Of a stretch of DNA of 64,000 nucleotides, positions 59,070-64,000 are shown one piece after another (the stretch's first letter is position 1; each line of letters opens with the position of its first letter). Origin of the DNA: Candidatus Marinacidobacterales bacterium (GTDB taxonomy: Bacteria > Acidobacteriota > Vicinamibacteria > Marinacidobacterales > DATDRI01); the NCBI GenBank assembly GCA_965226495.1, contig OZ245365.1, positions 4,256,001 through 4,320,000 of the forward strand, read 5' to 3'. The notes under the pieces were generated by a model. That model was not told the origin of the DNA. It did no database searches and saw only the letters and a program-made list of their open reading frames with translations. Position numbers and translations under genes: made by a program.

Positions 59070-60410
59070 TCACTCGGTCGTGAAAATCTGGAAGCCGCTG
59101 TACGACTCCATACCGTGCTCTGCGATGTCCAGACCCCGCAGCTCATCTTCTCGCGAGACGCGGAGGCCAATGACCGCATCGATGGCACGGAAGACGACCC
59201 ACATGGCGATAGCGGTGAAACCGAGACAGGCCATGATGCCCAGCGACTGGATGCCCAACTGCCCGAAGCCGCCACCATAAAAGAGTCCGTTGCTCGGCGC
59301 CCCGAGCGCCTGTTGGCCAAACAAACCCACCGCCAGCGTGCCCCAAATCCCGCAGAGACCGTGCACCGGGAAGGCGCCGACTACATCGTCGATCCGGAGC
59401 CGGTTGAGCCAGTCGATGCCGTAGACGACCAGGATACCGGCGGCGATGCCGATGTAGATCGCGGCGCCGTCGCTGACCACAGCGCAGGGAGCCGTGATGC
59501 CCACCAGGCCGGCCAAGGTGCCGTTGAGCGCGAGGGCAAGATCGGGTTTGCCGAACTTGAGCCATGCCGTAAACATCGCCGCCGCGGAGCCCGCCGCCCC
59601 AGCCAACGTCGTGTTCATCGCGATACGCCCGACCGCCAACGGATCCTCCATGCCGAGTGTGGAGCCGGCGTTGAAGCCGAACCAGCCAAAGAAAAGAATG
59701 AACACACCGAGGGTCACCAACGGCATGCTGTGGCCGCCGATGAAGCGGGCCGAGCCGTCGGGGTTAAACCGCCCGATGCGCGGCCCCAGCATCCACGCGC
59801 CGACCAGAGCGGTCACGCCGCCCACCCCGTGCACCACCGTGGACCCGGCGAAGTCATGGAAATTCAATCCTGCGAGCCAGCCACCTCCCCATACCCAATG
59901 ACCGACGACCGGATAGACGAACGCCGTGATGAGGAACGAGTACACCAGGTACGACACGAACCGCATGCGCTCGGCCACCGCGCCAGAGACGATCGTGGCG
60001 GCCGTTCCGGCGAAAACAGCCTGGAATAACCAGAAGACGGGCAGCGGGAGGGTCTCCAACGGGGACGCGTCCATGCCCATGAGGAACCAGCCGGAGGTGC
60101 CCACGATGAGCCCCCCGGTGCCGTACATGATGGCGTAGCCGAACGCGTAGAAACCCAGGATCGCGAAGCAGAAGTCCAGCAGGTTCTTCATCAGGACATT
60201 GGCCGCGTTCTTCGCTCGGATCAATCCGGCCTCGACCATCCCGAAACCCGCCTGCATGAAGAACACCAGGATAGCGGCGAGAAGCACCCAGAGTGTGCTC
60301 AAGCCATCGTAGCTGGGCTCCGCCGCGGGGGCAGCTTGGGAGGCAAAAGCGCCAGAAGAGGCCAGCGCCCCCAGAAGGACCGCTAGCCCGACAAAACTCT
60401 TGCTTTTCAT
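59070..60410 (-). CDS. amtB: Ammonium transporter
   Basis: FFMQAGF, SGAVAER, DFAGSTVVH, GWFGFN, DD..GAFPVHG, E..GLD..EHG. Confidence 0.96.
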   Translation of the reverse strand: MKSKSFVGLAVLLGALASSGAFASQAAPAAEPSYDGLSTLWVLLAAILVFFMQAGFGMVEAGLIRAKNAANVLMKNLLDFCFAILGFYAFGYAIMYGTGGLIVGTSGWFLMGMDASPLETLPLPVFWLFQAVFAGTAATIVSGAVAERMRFVSYLVYSFLITAFVYPVVGHWVWGGGWLAGLNFHDFAGSTVVHGVGGVTALVGAWMLGPRIGRFNPDGSARFIGGHSMPLVTLGVFILFFGWFGFNAGSTLGMEDPLAVGRIAMNTTLAGAAGSAAAMFTAWLKFGKPDLALALNGTLAGLVGITAPCAVVSDGAAIYIGIAAGILVVYGIDWLNRLRIDDVVGAFPVHGLCGIWGTLAVGLFGQQALGAPSNGLFYGGGFGQLGIQSLGIMACLGFTAIAMWVVFRAIDAVIGLRVSREDELRGLDIAEHGMESYSGFQIFTTE

Positions 60411-60704
60411 CGACGTCCCTCGTGTGTCAAGAGAGATGCGAACCGACCATCAACGTCCGCTATGCAAACTGCGGAATCTTATACCCATCTCGCTTGACGA
60501 TGTCTAGTATCTGCGATGCGAAAGACTGGCAGGGCATGCGTAGAGCCGAATTTGTTCGGATGGGTCCGATCTGCTAGCCTCGTTCAACTTCCCACCTGCC
60601 GCCTCGGACGAGAAGACCAACTTGGTGTGGACGTCGGCGAGCAAAAAACGGGCAGAGCAGGAGCGAAGAGTCTGAGTCTGAGTCCGAGCCCAGCCGCAAT
60701 TCTA

Positions 60705-61607
60705 ATGAGTAGTCCACGAGTCGAGTTTGATGTGTGGGGTGCCCGGGGTTCCCGTAGCCTCGTTCCGCCCGCCTCGACCATTGGCAACAACACGTCGTGC
60801 TACTCCGTCCGTCGGGGCGAAGACCTGTTCGTGCTCGACGGTGGACGCGGTCTGGGTGCCCTGGCCTCAGCGATGGCCGCGAAAGAGCGCTTCGAATCCG
60901 TCAAACGAGTGCATCTCTTCGTCAGCCACGCTCACATGGACCACTGGGAAGGACTCAAGGATACGGACTGGTTTTGGCAACCACAAAATGGCTTGGAGCT
61001 GAGCGTCTTTGGAAGACCGGAGGCTCTCCGCACGATCCGGAAAGCCTACGGTCATCCCTCCTATGTTCCCATGGAGGTGTTAGCCGAACGGACTCTGGGT
61101 CAACTTCGCTTCGTTCCGCTTCCGGTACGATCTCGTCGTACGCTTCGAGGTTGGACGTTGCAATCCTATCCATTGAATCACTACAGCGGAGGAGGAAAGA
61201 AGAAACACAAGCTGGACACGATCGGATTGCGACTTTCAATGAAAAACGGGCCGACCATCTGCTATCTGTGTGACCACGAGCCTACCGAAGGAACGCGACC
61301 GTTAGAGCTCCGGATGCTGGCCACTGCCCACCTAGCCGTCATTGATGCCCACTTCCCCGACATCGACGACCACGCGTTCGGGCACGGCTCGATCGAGCAT
61401 GCCGCCGAAACGGCCAGACAGTTCCCCCGACTTCTGGTGCTTGCCGGCCACTACGCGCCGATGCTGTCGGATCGCCAGATCCGAGACGCCAGCCAACGAC
61501 ACGGCGAGGGACTTCCCAACTTTCGCCTTGCCGTGGAAGGGACGAGCTTCTGGTGGGATGCAAAGAAAATGGTGTTTCGAGAGCGGCGACCGAAGAGGCA
61601 ACAGTAA
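60705..61607 (+). CDS. MBL-fold metallohydrolase
   Basis: WGARGS, GNNTSC, LDGGRG, SHAHMDH, CDHE, GHGS. Confidence 0.85.
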   Translation: MSSPRVEFDVWGARGSRSLVPPASTIGNNTSCYSVRRGEDLFVLDGGRGLGALASAMAAKERFESVKRVHLFVSHAHMDHWEGLKDTDWFWQPQNGLELSVFGRPEALRTIRKAYGHPSYVPMEVLAERTLGQLRFVPLPVRSRRTLRGWTLQSYPLNHYSGGGKKKHKLDTIGLRLSMKNGPTICYLCDHEPTEGTRPLELRMLATAHLAVIDAHFPDIDDHAFGHGSIEHAAETARQFPRLLVLAGHYAPMLSDRQIRDASQRHGEGLPNFRLAVEGTSFWWDAKKMVFRERRPKRQQ

Positions 61608-61683
61608 CTACTGGCCTTGTTTGACTGTTCAGTCTGTGCAGGGGTATTTTCACCCTTAACGATAATGGCTTCCTTCCTTTTTT

Positions 61684-61922
61684 CCCTCTCCCCTTGTGGG
61701 ATAGGAGGGCGTCAAGGAATGCCGTGCTGCTATCAACGACGTCAGACCTTTATACCCTCTCCCCATTTGGGGAGAGGGTAGGGTGAGGGGCTCTGATGTC
61801 TCTCGACCCCGGCACCAAGCTGGGTCCAACAATTCTTAGTTTGACGAGGCCCGTGTGTGAACTTGCCTCGTCGCTCGATCTCCCCCGCTCCCCGTTTACG
61901 GGGAGAGGGATGGGGTGAGGGG
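61684..61922 (-). repeat. Cluster of REP-like palindromes (same family as 14586)
   Basis: CCCTCTCCCCATTTGGGGAGAGGGTAGGGTGAGGGG (61755-61790), a second copy at 61883-61922 and a partial copy at 61684-61709. Confidence 0.75.
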
Positions 61923-61946
61923 CCACTCCTCGGCCATGGAAAGCAA

Positions 61947-64000
61947 ATGTTAGAAGCAGGAGCACGACTCGGCTCTTACGAAATTGTGGCGAGCATTGGT
62001 GCCGGCGGAATGGGAGAGGTCTATCGAGCTAAGGACCTCAAGCTCGGCCGGGATGTGGCCATCAAAATCCTGCGAGAGGATCTTGCCTTGGATCCGGAAC
62101 GCTTGAGGCGTTTCGAGCAAGAAGCCCACGCAGCTTCCTCTCTCAACCACCCGAACATCGTCACTATTCACAACATCGGCGAACATGAAGGTACTCGCTA
62201 CATCGCCATGGAGTACGTAGAGGGAAAGACGCTCCGAGAGATGCTTGGCGGAGAGCCGTTGCCGAACAAGAAGCTTCTCCAACTCTCCACGCAGATTGCG
62301 GATGGACTTGCCAAAGCGCACTCCGCGGGAATCGTTCACCGGGACCTGAAGCCAGAGAACCTGATGGTTACCAACGACGGGTTCGTCAAGATTCTAGACT
62401 TTGGAATCGCCAAGCTAACGCCTCAGCTCTACGAAGCCAGCTCTGAGGAGAGTTCTTCGTCAAGGGTTGGGGGCACACTGGCGAAGGAGGGTACGACTCC
62501 GGGTGTGGTGATGGGAACGGTTGGTTACATGTCTCCAGAACAGGCGAAGGGGCTGCCATCGGACTATCGCTCCGACCAGTTCGCTCTAGGTACCGTCCTC
62601 TACGAGATGGCGGCAGGAAAGCGGGCCTTTCGCCACGACACACAGGGAGAGACGCAGGTCGCGATCATCCGGGACGAGCCAGAAGCCCTCACCCAACTCA
62701 ACCCCAACCTTCCTGCGCCATTTCGCTGGATTGTCGAGCGGTGCCTAGCAAAGGCTCCAGAAGAGCGGTACACGTCGACCCAAGACCTTGCCCGCGAATT
62801 ACAGAACGTACGAGACCATCTCGACGAAGTTTCCTCGTCGACAGTCGTCGCTAAACCTCAACTTGGCCACCGACGGGCGGGCATACTTTCCTTAGCCGCG
62901 TTGCCCATCATTGTGCTCGCCCTGGTTGTCGGATTGAACGTCGGCGACTTACGGGAGCGGCTGTTCGGTGGAGCAACTCCAGGACGCATTGAATCCATCG
63001 CTGTTCTGCCACTGGAGAATCTCTCAGGCGACCCCGAGCAGGAGTACTTTGCCGATGGGATGACCGAAGCGCTAATTGCGGACTTGGCCAAGGTGGGCTC
63101 CATCAAGGTGATCTCACGGACCTCGGTGATGCAGTACAAAGGAGTCAAGAAGCCGCTCCCAGAAATCGCTCGAGAGTTGGGTGTGGATGCGGTTGTCGAA
63201 GGGTCGGTTATGCGTTCCGGGGATCGCGTACGGATCACCGCCCAGCTCGTCGATGCGGCGACCGACCAACATCTCTGGACCGAGAGCTACGAACGGGACC
63301 TGCGCGACGTCCTCGCCTTGCAAAGTGAGGTGGCACGGGCCATCGCGAAAGAGATCAACATCAAGCTAACCCCTCAGGAGGAGTCACTCCTGACCAGCGC
63401 TCGTCCCGTCGACCCCGAGGCCCATGAGGCCTATCTCAGGGGACGGTATTCCTGGAACAAGCACGGTGAAGAAGACCAGAAGAAAGCCGTCGACTATTTC
63501 GAGCGGGCGATCGACCAAGACCCCGACTACGCTATTGCCTACGCGGGACTGGCCGACGCCTATGCCATGCTTGGATTTTGGGGAATTACTCCTCCTGCGG
63601 AGGCGATACCGAAAGCGCGCGCCGCGGCGCAGAAAGCGCTCGAGCTGGACGAGACGCTTGCCGAAGCGCACACCCCGTTGGGACTCATCAAATTCTATTT
63701 CGACTGGGAATGGTCGGCTGCCCAGGCAGAGTTTCGGCGTGCCCTCGAGCTCAACCCGAGCTATGCGCTCGCTCATGACTGGTACGCCGTGTATCTGGCC
63801 GCGGTGGGGCGACTCGATGAAGCCCTGGCCGAAATAAAGCGCGCCAAGGAGCTCGACCCGCTGTCCCTCAGGATCAACGCAGCTCTGGCGTTTCAATTCC
63901 GGCTCTCACGCCAGTACGACCGATCCATCGAACAAGCGCAGAAGGTGCTCGAGATGGATCCAAGCTATTGGCTGGCGCAATTGACCCTCGCGACCGCTTA
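61947..64000 (+). CDS. Ser/Thr protein kinase with TolB-N-like and TPR domains (runs off the window; absent from the ORF track)
   Basis: MLEAGARLGSYEIVASIGAGGMGEVY, VAIK, HRDLKPEN, DFG, GTVGYMSPEQ, SIAVLPLENLSGDPEQEYFADGMTE, TPR-like repeats. Confidence 0.93.
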   Translation, partial: MLEAGARLGSYEIVASIGAGGMGEVYRAKDLKLGRDVAIKILREDLALDPERLRRFEQEAHAASSLNHPNIVTIHNIGEHEGTRYIAMEYVEGKTLREMLGGEPLPNKKLLQLSTQIADGLAKAHSAGIVHRDLKPENLMVTNDGFVKILDFGIAKLTPQLYEASSEESSSSRVGGTLAKEGTTPGVVMGTVGYMSPEQAKGLPSDYRSDQFALGTVLYEMAAGKRAFRHDTQGETQVAIIRDEPEALTQLNPNLPAPFRWIVERCLAKAPEERYTSTQDLARELQNVRDHLDEVSSSTVVAKPQLGHRRAGILSLAALPIIVLALVVGLNVGDLRERLFGGATPGRIESIAVLPLENLSGDPEQEYFADGMTEALIADLAKVGSIKVISRTSVMQYKGVKKPLPEIARELGVDAVVEGSVMRSGDRVRITAQLVDAATDQHLWTESYERDLRDVLALQSEVARAIAKEINIKLTPQEESLLTSARPVDPEAHEAYLRGRYSWNKHGEEDQKKAVDYFERAIDQDPDYAIAYAGLADAYAMLGFWGITPPAEAIPKARAAAQKALELDETLAEAHTPLGLIKFYFDWEWSAAQAEFRRALELNPSYALAHDWYAVYLAAVGRLDEALAEIKRAKELDPLSLRINAALAFQFRLSRQYDRSIEQAQKVLEMDPSYWLAQLTLATA

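Noticed and set aside
60525-60545. TGGCAGGGCATGC as a sigma54 promoter near amtB
   Set aside because: GG-GC spacing is wrong and it is on the opposite strand for amtB.
60668-60691. GAGTCT hexamer repeat
   Set aside because: Only 3-4 degenerate units in an intergenic region; no evidence of function.
1-64000. CRISPR arrays, tRNA/rRNA genes, prophage or integrase genes
   Set aside because: No regularly spaced repeats, cloverleaf or rRNA signatures, or phage genes recognised by eye; an Infernal/tRNAscan run would be needed to exclude small RNAs.

Overview
GC-rich (about 60%) bacterial chromosomal DNA. The gene repertoire (eukaryote-like Ser/Thr kinases with TolB-N/TPR tails, and the phoH-HD-ybeY-hlyC-era...mgtE-recO-glyQ-glyS-ppdK-mutL order) suggests Acidobacteriota; this is inference only. 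An intact minus-strand housekeeping block (23.9-46.8 kb) is interrupted by a ~7 kb accessory patch between era and mgtE. Accessory regions flank it and carry an IS481 element, porins, hydrolases, two sigma54 promoters and an amt-PII-glnA-flotillin module. Top observations: (1) a deiodinase-like selenoprotein missed by the ORF track, with an in-frame UGA in a GSIT-U-PFC motif and a SECIS-like hairpin right behind it; (2) two dispersed copies of a Zn-finger/degenerate-HNH gene, each with a collinear ~213-nt leader carrying fixed-spacing conserved boxes, a candidate undescribed mobile or RNA-associated element; (3) a ParB-domain/pseudo-HATPase fusion; (4) an atypical PII protein; (5) about ten gene-breaking lesions, all outside the core block, which may be real decay or assembly error. 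Family assignments come from motif recognition by eye, not database searches.
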